61,472 nucleotides of DNA from Candidatus Acidiferrales bacterium (GTDB lineage Bacteria > Verrucomicrobiota > Verrucomicrobiia > Limisphaerales > UBA11358): assembly GCA_035499615.1 (NCBI GenBank), contig DATJYM010000341.1:1-61472 (forward strand). The letters run 5' to 3'. The notes below the pieces were generated by a model. That model worked only from the letters and a program-made list of their open reading frames with translations. It was not told the origin of the DNA and did not search any database. The position numbers and the translations under genes are program-made. Positions 19,419-28,680 of this stretch are shown one piece after another. The stretch's first letter is position 1. The number at the start of each line of letters is the position of its first letter.

Positions 19419-20390
19419 ATGGAAAAAGTCTTTGTTACCGGCGCGGCTGGGTTCATTGGCAGCAACCTCGTAGACCGGCTTTTGGCTGATGGCAAGACGG
19501 TGATTGGTTGGGACAATTTCTCCACCGGCCAGAATGAATTTCTCCCCGATGCCCTCAAAAATCCGGGTTTCAAACTCATCAAAGGAGACAACCTCGACCA
19601 GCCGGGGTTAAAAAAAGCGATGGCCGGGTGCGATTTTGTCTTCCATCTGGCGGCGAATGCCGACGTCCGCTTTGGTCTCGACCACCCCCAAAAGGATTTT
19701 CAACAAAATGCCATGGCCACGTTCAATGTGCTCGAAGCCATGCGGGCCAATGGCATCCAGCGCATCGGATTCAGTTCCACGGGTTCGATTTATGGAGAAG
19801 CCGGGACCATACCGACGCCGGAAAATGCGCCGTTTCCGGTGCAAACTTCCCTGTATGCGGCTTCGAAGCTGGCCGGCGAAGGTTTCATCAATGCTTATTG
19901 TGAAGGCTACGGTTTTGAAGGCTATGTTTTCCGTTTTGTCTCCATTCTCGGTGAACGCTATACGCACGGCCACGTCCTCGATTTCTACAAACAATTGGTC
20001 ATCCACCCCGACCATTTGAAAATTCTCGGCGATGGTTCGCAACGGAAATCCTACCTCTATGTTGGTGATTGTCTCACAGCCATGCTTCAGGTCATTGCGC
20101 AAGGCGTGGCGAAAAAAGCCAAACATCGCGTTGAAACCTACAATCTCGGCACCGATGAATATGTTCAGGTCAACGACTCCGTCCGGATTATCTGCAATCT
20201 GCTTGGGCTCAAGCCCAAGCTGGAATATTCCGGCGGCAACAAAGGCTGGGTGGGCGACAATCCGTTCATTTTTCTCGATACCACGAAAATCCGCGCCACC
20301 GGTTGGAAAACCACGCTGACTATCGAGCAAAGCATTGTGCGCACTTTGCAATGGCTTCAAAAGAATCCATGGTTGTTCCAACGCCGATGA
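19419..20390 (+). CDS. NAD-dependent epimerase/dehydratase (extended SDR, UDP-glucose 4-epimerase-like)
   Basis: 323 aa with MEKVFVTGAAGFIGSNLV, SSTGSIYG and YAASK (YxxxK). Confidence 0.85.
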   Translation: MEKVFVTGAAGFIGSNLVDRLLADGKTVIGWDNFSTGQNEFLPDALKNPGFKLIKGDNLDQPGLKKAMAGCDFVFHLAANADVRFGLDHPQKDFQQNAMATFNVLEAMRANGIQRIGFSSTGSIYGEAGTIPTPENAPFPVQTSLYAASKLAGEGFINAYCEGYGFEGYVFRFVSILGERYTHGHVLDFYKQLVIHPDHLKILGDGSQRKSYLYVGDCLTAMLQVIAQGVAKKAKHRVETYNLGTDEYVQVNDSVRIICNLLGLKPKLEYSGGNKGWVGDNPFIFLDTTKIRATGWKTTLTIEQSIVRTLQWLQKNPWLFQRR

Positions 20391-21190
20391 ACCTTGTCAT
20401 CACCGGAAGCAGCAGCGGCATCGGCCGGTTTCTCGCGGATTCGCTCGCGAAGCGCGGTCATGAAATCTGCCGGGTCGCACGTTCGCCGCAGAGCGGCTTC
20501 AGTTTTCAATGTGACGTGTCGGACTGGCAGGCGCAGCAAATCTGTGCAGAGGGAATTGCGGCGAAATGGAATGCGGTGGACGGACTGATCTGCTGTGCCG
20601 GGACGCAGGAACCCATCGGGCCGGCGATGGAAACGGACCCTGCGGCCTGGCGTTCGGCGCTGGCGGTGAATCTCGACGGTACCTTTTTCTCCATTCGCAT
20701 TTTGTTCCCCTTGCTGTGCCGTGCCCGACGTCGCGCGAAGGTGATTTGCTTTTCCGGCGGCGGTTCCACTGGCCCGCGCCCGAATTTCGCCGCGTATGGC
20801 ACTGCCAAATCCGGCATCGTCCGCCTTGTCGAGACCCTCGCCGTTGAATGGGAGAAATTACCGGTCGACATCAATGCCGTCGCCCCCGGCGCGATTTTTA
20901 CGCGCATGACGGAGCAGATTCTGGCCCGTGGCGAAAAACTGGCCGGAAAAAAAGAATTCGAATCTGCCAGTAATCTTTCACGCGACAATTCGGACAAGTT
21001 GAGCAAGGTGCTGGGTCTCGTGGAATTTCTGCTCTCGGAGAAGAGCGACGGCATCAGGGGCAAGCTTATCAGCGCGCAGTGGGATCCATGGGAAAGACTC
21101 CTGGAATACAAGTCCGATCTGAACAGTGACATTTATACATTGCGCCGCATCGTACCTGCAGACCGGGGAAAGCAGTGGAGCGCTCAATGA
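20387..21190 (+). CDS. Classical short-chain dehydrogenase/reductase
   Basis: The ATG at 20387 forms an ATGA overlap with the preceding stop. Motifs are MNLVITGSSSGIGRFLA (TGxxxGIG), YGTAK (YxxxK) and NAVAPG. Confidence 0.8.
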   Translation: MNLVITGSSSGIGRFLADSLAKRGHEICRVARSPQSGFSFQCDVSDWQAQQICAEGIAAKWNAVDGLICCAGTQEPIGPAMETDPAAWRSALAVNLDGTFFSIRILFPLLCRARRRAKVICFSGGGSTGPRPNFAAYGTAKSGIVRLVETLAVEWEKLPVDINAVAPGAIFTRMTEQILARGEKLAGKKEFESASNLSRDNSDKLSKVLGLVEFLLSEKSDGIRGKLISAQWDPWERLLEYKSDLNSDIYTLRRIVPADRGKQWSAQ

Positions 21191-22194
21191 ACTACGCCAT
21201 CATCGGATGCGGATTGATTGGAAGGAAAAGACTCGCCGGATTGCCGGCGGATTCGAAACTGGTTGTTGCCTGCGACACGAACTTGGCCCGCGCCGAAGAG
21301 CTGGTGAAGCTCGCAAACACAGGTCGCGCCGTGACTGATTTCAGACAAGCCGTTGCTGATCCGCAGGTGGACGGGGTGATTGTCGCAACCATCAACTCCG
21401 CGCTCGCCGAAGTTTCTGCCGCCGCCATTCACTCCGGCAAACATGTGCTGGCGGAGAAACCGGCAGGTGTTTCCGTTTCCCAGGTTGAGGCGTTAATCGC
21501 GCTGGCCGAGAAGCACAACGTTTGCGTCCGCGTTGGCTTCAATCATCGTTATCATCCGGCCTTTATCCTGGCACGGGAGATTTTCAAATCCGGTGTGATG
21601 GGTGAATTAATGTTTATTCGCGCGCGTTACGGTCACGGAGGGCGCATTGGTTATGACAAGGAATGGCGCGCCGAACCGGAGCTTTCGGGCGGTGGAGAAT
21701 TGATTGACCAGGGCGTTCATCTGATTGACCTGGCCGGCTGGTTCCTGGGTGATTTTTCCAAAGTGGAAGGCCTCGCCACAACTTATTTTTGGGATATGCC
21801 GGTCGACGATAATGCGTTTCTAAGCCTGCGCACAACCCGGGGCCAGATCGCGTGGCTGCACGTCAGTTGCACCGAATGGAAGAATCTTTTCTCATTTGAA
21901 ATATACGGACGCAACGCCAAGCTGCACATTGAGGGCCTCGGCGGAAGTTATGGCCCGGAAAAACTGTATCATTACCAGATGAAAGCGGAAATGGGGCCGC
22001 CTGACACCAAGGTCTATGAGTTTTCCGGCCCGGACGGGTCATGGCGGGCCGAATTGGCTGACTTTGAGCGGGATGTCCAATTGAAGAAAAAATCGGATGC
22101 CGGGTTAAAAGAAGCGAAAACCGCCCTGCAAATCGTTGAGGAAATCTACCAGAAAAGCGGGTTTAACTTTGACTCCTCATCGACAAAACCTTAA
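21187..22194 (+). CDS. Gfo/Idh/MocA-family NAD(P)-dependent oxidoreductase
   Basis: The ATG at 21187 forms an ATGA overlap. MNYAIIGCGLIGRKR and HVLAEKP (EKP motif) are present. Confidence 0.85.
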   Translation: MNYAIIGCGLIGRKRLAGLPADSKLVVACDTNLARAEELVKLANTGRAVTDFRQAVADPQVDGVIVATINSALAEVSAAAIHSGKHVLAEKPAGVSVSQVEALIALAEKHNVCVRVGFNHRYHPAFILAREIFKSGVMGELMFIRARYGHGGRIGYDKEWRAEPELSGGGELIDQGVHLIDLAGWFLGDFSKVEGLATTYFWDMPVDDNAFLSLRTTRGQIAWLHVSCTEWKNLFSFEIYGRNAKLHIEGLGGSYGPEKLYHYQMKAEMGPPDTKVYEFSGPDGSWRAELADFERDVQLKKKSDAGLKEAKTALQIVEEIYQKSGFNFDSSSTKP

Positions 22195-22235
22195 ATCGTT
22201 GTGCGCGAAACCCGGACATCAGTTCCCAATTTGAA

Positions 22236-23216
22236 ATGATCATCGCACGCTCTCCACTTCGCGTCACACTCGGCGGTGGCGGAACGGACTTGCCGTCGTA
22301 CTATCAAAATTTCGGCGGTTTTCTCATCGCTGCCGCCATTGACAAGTATGTTTACCTCACGCTCCACGACAACTTTACCCCCGATTTGATTCTGAAATAT
22401 TCACGGCTCGAACGCGTGGCGGACGCGGGCAAGGTTGAACATCCGATCATTCGCGAAGCGTTCGCCATGCTCGAAATGAACGGCTGCGGATTGGAACTGG
22501 CTTCCCTGGCTGATATTCCCGCCGGTACGGGCCTGGGTTCGTCCGGCAGTTTTACGACCGCCTTGCTTAAGGTGCTGCACGCCTATAAGAAAAATCTTGT
22601 TCATCCCGCCGAGCTGGCCGCCCAGGCCTGTGAGATTGAACTCAATCGCCTCCGAGAACCCATCGGCAAGCAGGACCAATACATCGCCGCCTACGGCGGG
22701 GTCACCTGTTTCCAATTTGCGCCGGATGGCAAGGTGGCGGCGTGGCCACTGAAAATTTCCGATGAAACGCGCGACAACCTCGAAGATAATCTATTGTTAT
22801 TCTTTACCGGATATTCGCGATCGGCCTCGGCCATTTTGAAAGAGCAGGACCAGAAATCAAAACAGTCGGATGCGGCCATGATTGAAAACCTGCACTTCGT
22901 CAAGGATCTCGGTTTGCAGAGCCGGCGCGCGCTTGAAGCTGGAAATTTGCCGGAGTTCGCCCGGCTCATGGACGTGCATTGGCAGCGCAAAAAACAGCGC
23001 AGCGGTGGCATGAGCAACCCGAAAATCAATGAGTGGTATGACCTGGCCACGGCCAATGGTGCGCTCGGCGGTAAACTCATCGGTGCGGGCGGCGGTGGTT
23101 TTCTAATGTTCTACGCCGAAGACAAAGCCCGGCTGCGCCAGGCCATGCGCCAGGCCGGCCTTAAGGAAGTCCGGTTCCGATTTGACTTCGAAGGCACCAA
23201 GCTGTTGATTTCGTGA
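22236..23216 (+). CDS. hddA: GHMP-family sugar kinase, D-glycero-alpha-D-manno-heptose 7-phosphate kinase-like
   Basis: 326 aa with ARSPLRVTLGGGGTDLPSYY, PAGTGLGSSGS (GHMP motif II) and GAGGGGFL. It sits directly upstream of hddC-gmhA-gmhB. Confidence 0.8.
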   Translation: MIIARSPLRVTLGGGGTDLPSYYQNFGGFLIAAAIDKYVYLTLHDNFTPDLILKYSRLERVADAGKVEHPIIREAFAMLEMNGCGLELASLADIPAGTGLGSSGSFTTALLKVLHAYKKNLVHPAELAAQACEIELNRLREPIGKQDQYIAAYGGVTCFQFAPDGKVAAWPLKISDETRDNLEDNLLLFFTGYSRSASAILKEQDQKSKQSDAAMIENLHFVKDLGLQSRRALEAGNLPEFARLMDVHWQRKKQRSGGMSNPKINEWYDLATANGALGGKLIGAGGGGFLMFYAEDKARLRQAMRQAGLKEVRFRFDFEGTKLLIS

Positions 23217-23929
23217 GTGCGCCGCTCGAGATCCCTGTGGCCATTCTCGCCGGCGGGCTGGCGACACGACTGCGGCCCATTACGGAAAAAATCCCCAAAT
23301 CCCTGATAGTGGTGGCGGGGAAGCCGTTTCTGGCGCATCAGCTGGAACTCCTGCGTTCGCGCGGCATTGGTCGCGTCGTATTGTGTGTCGGCCATCTGGG
23401 CGGGATGATTCAGCGCGAATTCGGAGACGGTTCGGCGTTTGGGGTACGCCTTGATTATTCGTTTGATGGTCCCCAATTACTCGGCACCGGTGGCGCGCTC
23501 AAACGAGCACTGCCGTTGCTGGGAGGCGAGTTTTTTGTGCTCTATGGCGATTCCTATCTGGCGGTGGAATATCGCCCGGTGGCGGAATTTTTCCGCCGCA
23601 GCCGCAAACCGGGTTGCATGACGGTCTATCGCAATGAAGGCCGTTACGACACAAGCAACGTTGTCTTCCGCGACGGTGAAGTCGCCGTTTACGATAAAAA
23701 AAATCGCCTGCCGGAAATGCGGCATATCGATTACGGATTAAGCCTGTTCAAGTCCGCCGTCTTCGATACGTACCCTCCGGACCTGCCGTTCGACCTGGCT
23801 GAAGTAATGGGCAAACTCGTTCGCGAAAAACAACTGGCCGGTTACGAAGTCCGCGAGCGCTTTTACGAAATGGGTTCGCCTGCGGGCTTGGCGGAGCTGG
23901 AAACGCTGTTACAATCAAAATCAACATGA
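23213..23929 (+). CDS. hddC: Sugar-1-phosphate nucleotidyltransferase, D-glycero-alpha-D-manno-heptose 1-phosphate guanylyltransferase-like
   Basis: The GTG start overlaps the hddA stop (GTGA). VAILAGGLATRLRPITEKIPKSL is the G-x-G-x-R-L signature and LGTGGAL is also present. Confidence 0.75.
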   Translation: MSAPLEIPVAILAGGLATRLRPITEKIPKSLIVVAGKPFLAHQLELLRSRGIGRVVLCVGHLGGMIQREFGDGSAFGVRLDYSFDGPQLLGTGGALKRALPLLGGEFFVLYGDSYLAVEYRPVAEFFRRSRKPGCMTVYRNEGRYDTSNVVFRDGEVAVYDKKNRLPEMRHIDYGLSLFKSAVFDTYPPDLPFDLAEVMGKLVREKQLAGYEVRERFYEMGSPAGLAELETLLQSKST

Positions 23930-24522
23930 GCTTTAGCCAACAATTCCTTGATGAAGTCCAAAAGGTTGTCGCCCGGTTAAACGTTGACGCCATCGAAAAG
24001 GCCGCCGATGAACTGGCGCGCGTGCGCGAACGCGGCGGGCGCTTGTTCATCCTTGGCGTTGGTGGCAGTGCGGGGAATGCCAGCCACGCCGTGAATGACT
24101 TCCGCAAAATTTGCGGTTTTGAGGCTTACGCGCCCACGGATAACGTTTCCGAGCTGACCGCGCGCACCAACGACGAAGGCTGGGCAACGATTTTTGCCGA
24201 ATGGCTAAAAGGCAGTCGTCTGTCGGCAAAAGACGGTCTGCTGATTTTTTCCGTGGGCGGTGGTAATTTGGAGAAGAATGTCAGTCCGAATCTCGTCAGC
24301 GCCATTCAACTTGCTAAAAAGGCCGGGGCTTCCGTTGTGGGAGTGGTTGGTCGCGACGGCGGTTACACGGCCCACGAGGCAACGGCCTGTGTGGTTGTTC
24401 CGACGGTAAATCCGGCGCACGTCACGCCCCACAGCGAGGCGTTCCAGGCCGTTATCTGGCATTTGTTTGTATCGCATCCCAAATTGAAAGTCGCGCAGAC
24501 CAAATGGGAATCCACCAAATAG
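23926..24522 (+). CDS. gmhA: SIS-domain phosphoheptose isomerase
   Basis: The start forms an ATGA overlap. Motifs are RLFILGVGGSAGNASHAVNDF, FSVGGG and VPTVNPAHVTPHSE. Confidence 0.85.
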   Translation: MSFSQQFLDEVQKVVARLNVDAIEKAADELARVRERGGRLFILGVGGSAGNASHAVNDFRKICGFEAYAPTDNVSELTARTNDEGWATIFAEWLKGSRLSAKDGLLIFSVGGGNLEKNVSPNLVSAIQLAKKAGASVVGVVGRDGGYTAHEATACVVVPTVNPAHVTPHSEAFQAVIWHLFVSHPKLKVAQTKWESTK

Positions 24523-24564
24523 ATTTTTCGTAGCAGCCGACGCAAGGAGGCTCCAACATTTCCA

Positions 24565-25155
24565 TTGAACCGGATTGAACCAACGAGTCAGAGCCTCCTC
24601 ACATCGGCTGCTAAAAAATTGCGCCGTGCTGTTTTCCTCGACCGCGATGGTGTCATCAACCGTGCCTGGCAGCGGGATGGCAAACCGTATCCTTCGGCAA
24701 CCTTGGGTGAATTTGAGATTTTCCCGGAAGTACCGGAAGCCTGCCGTCGCTTGAAAGAGGCCGGCTTTTTGCTGATCGTGGCCACCAACCAGCCGGATGT
24801 CGGTCGCGGTACTTTGAAACAGGAGGCGGTCGAAGACATTCACGCCGAAATGCGCCGGCGGCTGCCGCTGGACCGGGTGGAGGTTTGCTATCATCCGGGT
24901 AAAGGTCTGTCAGATTGTGATTGCCGCAAACCAAAGCCGGGCATGTTGTTGCGTGCCGCACGTGAACTGGGCATTGATCTGGCACAGAGCTGGATGGTGG
25001 GCGACCGCTGGCGCGACGTGGATTGCGGTCACGCCGCCGGTTGCCGGACCATTTTCATTGATCGCGGTTATGCCGAGGAATTGAAACAATCACCCGATTT
25101 TCGCGCTGAAAATCTGCTGGTCGCAGCCGAAATTATCCTCGTCCGCGCAAATTAA
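24565..25155 (+). CDS. gmhB: HAD-IIIA D,D-heptose 1,7-bisphosphate phosphatase
   Basis: The TTG start lies 13 nt after AAGGAGG (24545-24551). Motifs are AVFLDRDGVIN, VATNQPDVGRG, CDCRKPKPGML and MVGDRWRD. Confidence 0.85.
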   Translation: MNRIEPTSQSLLTSAAKKLRRAVFLDRDGVINRAWQRDGKPYPSATLGEFEIFPEVPEACRRLKEAGFLLIVATNQPDVGRGTLKQEAVEDIHAEMRRRLPLDRVEVCYHPGKGLSDCDCRKPKPGMLLRAARELGIDLAQSWMVGDRWRDVDCGHAAGCRTIFIDRGYAEELKQSPDFRAENLLVAAEIILVRAN

Positions 25156-25193
25156 GTTGAAGATTCGTGCGATTGTTTTATCTTGTGAGCCAC

Positions 25194-25913
25194 ATGAAAA
25201 ACCTGGCCAGCCTCAAAGTGAAAATTTTCGCGGATGGCGCGGATAAAGCCGGAATGCTGCAGTTGAACACCAACCCGCTCATCAAGGGCATGACCACCAA
25301 TCCTTCGCTCATGCGCAAGGCCGGTGTGCATGATTACGAGGCGTTCGCGCGCGACATCTTGAAAAGCATCACGGAAAAGCCGATTTCATTTGAAGTCTTT
25401 TCCGACGAGTTTCCCGAAATGCGGCGGCAGGCGATGAAAATCAAAGACTGGGCCAGGAATGTCTATGTCAAAATTCCCATCACGAACACGCGCGCCGAGT
25501 CTTCCTTGCCGCTCGTACGCGAACTGGCTCAGGAGGGCGTGAAGCTTAATATCACCGCCATGTTTACCGAGGAACAGGTGACCGGCGTGGCCAAGGCGCT
25601 CAATCCCAAGGTGCCCGCCGTGGTGTCGGTATTTGCCGGCCGCATTGCAGATGTGGGAGAGGACCCGATGCCACACATGCGCAATGCGAATAAAATCCTC
25701 GCGGGGCTGCCACAGGCCGAGTTGCTTTGGGCCAGCGTTCGTGAAGTGCTCAATATTTTTCAAGCCGAGGAATGCGGCTGTAAAATTGTGACCGTGCCGC
25801 ATGACATTCTGAACAAGGCGATGAAGCTGGTGGGAACCGGTTTGCCGGAAATGTCGCTGGACACCGTGAAAATGTTTGCCGTTGACGCCAAGGCGGCAGG
25901 ATTTTCGTTGTAG
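25194..25913 (+). CDS. Transaldolase-family protein (short, fructose-6-phosphate aldolase-like type)
   Basis: I use the ATG at 25194; the tracked GTG is at 25167. Motifs are KIFADGAD, GMTTNPSL and VYVKIPIT (Schiff-base Lys region). Confidence 0.8.
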   Translation: MKNLASLKVKIFADGADKAGMLQLNTNPLIKGMTTNPSLMRKAGVHDYEAFARDILKSITEKPISFEVFSDEFPEMRRQAMKIKDWARNVYVKIPITNTRAESSLPLVRELAQEGVKLNITAMFTEEQVTGVAKALNPKVPAVVSVFAGRIADVGEDPMPHMRNANKILAGLPQAELLWASVREVLNIFQAEECGCKIVTVPHDILNKAMKLVGTGLPEMSLDTVKMFAVDAKAAGFSL

Positions 25914-25926
25914 TTTTATCGGGGCG

Positions 25927-26991
25927 CTAAATCAGCCTGTTCAACGTGTCGTAAACGTTTTCGATCGTGATGGACGCCATGCAGGCCAGCAGTTCTTCGC
26001 GCGTGCCTTTGATGTCGCCGCCGTCATAGCGGTAGTAGTCCAGATTCCGCCCGGCCACGGCGGGATTTTTTATCAGGGTGAAGGGATTGCCATAAGGCTG
26101 ATTCGTCGGGTTCAGCGTCGGCGCCTCGATGATAATCTGGTTGGGTACCTTCATGGCCGCGGCGACGTGCATGAGCACCGTATCCACGCTCAGGAATGCA
26201 CTGCACCGTTTCATCAACGCCGCCGTCTGCCTCAGGTTTTGGGTTTTGGCCTCCACCGTCAAATCCGGGTTCGCCTGCGCGAGTACCACCGGATGGTCCT
26301 GGATTTCCTCCGGTCCGCCGAAAAGGATGATGCGGATATCCGGCCGTTTCTGGTTCAGCCGCCGCACCAAGCCGGCATAATTTTTCAACGGCCAGCGTTT
26401 GAGCCGAAGATTCTTGGTGCCACCGGAACCGACGTGGATGCCTAGAATCTTTTGGCCGGAGAAATTGTGTTTGGCCAGAAAATCGTCCCCCGACCGCGTA
26501 TCCCCGGGTTCAAGAAAAAATTCCATTTCATGCGAGACCAGCTTTTTCTTTGCGCCAATCAACGTCAGCACGTCGAAATTATTGTCAATCGAGTGCCGCG
26601 AATAATCCTGCGGCAATGTCCCGGTAACCAGCAGCCGGTCGAGCCAGGTAAAATTTTCATATTCGTGGCTGATGCGCACCTCCGCGCCCGCCATCCACGC
26701 GGCCACCCGGTAGAGCCGCGGGCCTTGCGGGTGCGTATTGATGGAAAGCTGGTAACGCTCCCGTCGCAGCGACTGGAAGAATTGCATCACCTCAAGTTTT
26801 CTGCACTTCATCAGATCTTTCTGGAACACGCGGTTGACGTTGGGGTTGTGTTCGAGCAAATCCTTTGCTCCTGGCCATCTGACCAGCGCATCAATGGCCG
26901 CGCCGGGAAAATTCTCGCGCAACTCGCGGAACAGCGGAGTAGCGATGAGCGTGTCCCCGATGCCGGCAAGGGAAATGACCAGAATTTTCAT
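25927..26991 (-). CDS. Family 9 glycosyltransferase (heptosyltransferase)
   Basis: 354 aa. MKILVISLAGIGDTLIATPLFRELRENFPGAAIDALV is the classic GT9 N-terminus, and FLSVDTVLMHVAAAM is the C-terminal motif. Confidence 0.85.
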   Translation of the reverse strand: MKILVISLAGIGDTLIATPLFRELRENFPGAAIDALVRWPGAKDLLEHNPNVNRVFQKDLMKCRKLEVMQFFQSLRRERYQLSINTHPQGPRLYRVAAWMAGAEVRISHEYENFTWLDRLLVTGTLPQDYSRHSIDNNFDVLTLIGAKKKLVSHEMEFFLEPGDTRSGDDFLAKHNFSGQKILGIHVGSGGTKNLRLKRWPLKNYAGLVRRLNQKRPDIRIILFGGPEEIQDHPVVLAQANPDLTVEAKTQNLRQTAALMKRCSAFLSVDTVLMHVAAAMKVPNQIIIEAPTLNPTNQPYGNPFTLIKNPAVAGRNLDYYRYDGGDIKGTREELLACMASITIENVYDTLNRLI

Positions 26992-27009
26992 TCGCGCCCG
27001 CGGAATGTG

Positions 27010-27537
27010 TTAAAGACTCGAAATCTTTTCCAGCAACGCCGTCGTCGATTTGCCGGGCACAAACGGAATAATCACGATTTTTCCGCCGGCGGACTCCACC
27101 ACGCGGCGTTCATCCTGATTCAGTGTCTCCAGTGTGTAATCGCCGCCTTTGATATAAATATCCGGTTGGGCCATCGCCAAAAATTTCACTGCGGTTTTTT
27201 CCAGGAAAATGCAAACTCCATCCACGCTGGCCAACGCCGCCAGAACAGCGGCACGGTCTGCTTCCGAATTCACCGGTCGGCCTTCACCTTTCAATTGCCG
27301 CGCCGCATCATCACCGTTGACGCCTACGAGCAGCGCGTCGCCAAGGTTCCTTGCGGATTCCAAGTAACTCACGTGGCCCAGGTGCAGGATATCGAAACAC
27401 CCATTGGTAACGACCAGTTTTTTGCCGTTCGCCCGCATGGCCGCTCGCCAGGTCGGCAATTTGTTCCGGGCAATAATTTTATCTCGGAAGTGCACGGCAC
27501 AATTTTTGTCTACTGCCAGCCGCTTGGCAACGCTCAT
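27010..27537 (-). CDS. hldC: D-glycero-beta-D-manno-heptose 1-phosphate adenylyltransferase (RfaE domain II-type cytidylyltransferase fold)
   Basis: The ATG at 27537 overlaps the stop of the upstream glycerate kinase gene by 4 nt. LVVTNGCFDILHLGHVSYLESAR...RPVNSEADRAAVLAALASVDGV...IKGGDY aligns closely to E. coli RfaE residues as I remember them. Confidence 0.85.
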   Translation of the reverse strand: MSVAKRLAVDKNCAVHFRDKIIARNKLPTWRAAMRANGKKLVVTNGCFDILHLGHVSYLESARNLGDALLVGVNGDDAARQLKGEGRPVNSEADRAAVLAALASVDGVCIFLEKTAVKFLAMAQPDIYIKGGDYTLETLNQDERRVVESAGGKIVIIPFVPGKSTTALLEKISSL

Positions 27538-28673
27538 ATTGACGCTTTCGCAGCAAGGCGATTTCCCAGTTCCGTTGCCACCCATTGCAGGTTTTGGGCG
27601 GTTTGTTTCAAGGCTTTCTCCAGCTCAACCGACGGAGGGTTGATAGCCAGCAAACGGTCAAAATATCGGTGCAACGGCACCCCCGCTCCCGGTGATATCT
27701 GGCCGGCCAGGCCTATCACCGGAATTTTTTTCTTATTTGCTCGCAAAGCGACACCGTAGGGTCCCTTGCCTAGTAATGTTTGTGCGTCCATGTGACCTTC
27801 ACCTGTGATGACAAAGTCGGCTTCCGCCAAAGCTTTATCAAATCCGGTGACATCGAGGAAATGGTCTATTCCATTTATCAGTTTGGCATTCAACAATCCT
27901 CCCAAGCCGGCGGCCGCACCACCCGCCGCGCCCCCGCGTTTTTTTGTCGCCAAATCCTTGCCGGTCTTTTGGAGCACGACGTCGCGAAATCTCGTGAGGC
28001 CAGCTTCCAGTTTTTTAACGACTGCTTCCGTCGCGCCCTTTTGCGGACCGAAAAATTTTGCTGCACCTTCTTTGCCCAGCAACGAATTTTCCACGTCACA
28101 TAGGACAATCAGGGTGCAAGGCGGGATTCTTTGATCCAGACCGGATAAATCAACGGATTCAAGGCCGGCCAGATCTGCCGGCAAGTTCGGTAAAATCTTT
28201 CCCCTGGCATCCAGAAAACGCACGCCCAGAGCCCGTAAAATGCCGGTGCCACCATCCACGGTGGCGCTGCCACCGATGCCGATGATGATTTTATCGACTC
28301 CCGCATCCAGCGTGCGTTGGATCAATTCACCGGTGCCGAAGGTGTTGGCATGCAACGGATCATACTCTTCCCGGCGCAACCGTCGCAACCCGGAGGCATC
28401 GGCCATTTCAATCACTGCCGTCCTGCCGCCGTCAATCAAACCAAACCCGGCGCGGATTTTCCGCCCCAACGGATCGTGGACTTCCGCGGGCACAATTTTG
28501 CCGCCGCATTTTTGGATGAGCAGGGCTGCGGTCCCATCTCCGCCATCCCCGACCGGAAAACATTCACAGGTACATTTTAATTTGCTCCGTTGCAATCCCT
28601 GTCGGACCGCTTCAGCCGCCGCCGTTGCATCCAGGCTGTTCTTAAAGGCATTCGGGGCAATCAGGATATGCAC
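27534..28673 (-). CDS. glxK: Glycerate kinase (GlxK/GarK family)
   Basis: 379 aa with MHILIAPNAFKNSLDATAAAEAV, FPVGDGGDGT, IIGIGGSATVDGGTG and VITGEG. Confidence 0.85.
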   Translation of the reverse strand: MHILIAPNAFKNSLDATAAAEAVRQGLQRSKLKCTCECFPVGDGGDGTAALLIQKCGGKIVPAEVHDPLGRKIRAGFGLIDGGRTAVIEMADASGLRRLRREEYDPLHANTFGTGELIQRTLDAGVDKIIIGIGGSATVDGGTGILRALGVRFLDARGKILPNLPADLAGLESVDLSGLDQRIPPCTLIVLCDVENSLLGKEGAAKFFGPQKGATEAVVKKLEAGLTRFRDVVLQKTGKDLATKKRGGAAGGAAAGLGGLLNAKLINGIDHFLDVTGFDKALAEADFVITGEGHMDAQTLLGKGPYGVALRANKKKIPVIGLAGQISPGAGVPLHRYFDRLLAINPPSVELEKALKQTAQNLQWVATELGNRLAAKASI

Positions 28674-28680
28674 GGGGAGT

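Noticed and set aside
26452-27759. 435-aa plus-strand ORF
   Set aside because: It runs antisense across three well-supported minus-strand genes (GT9, hldC, glycerate kinase). Its Arg/His/Gln-rich composition is typical of antisense frames in GC-rich DNA.
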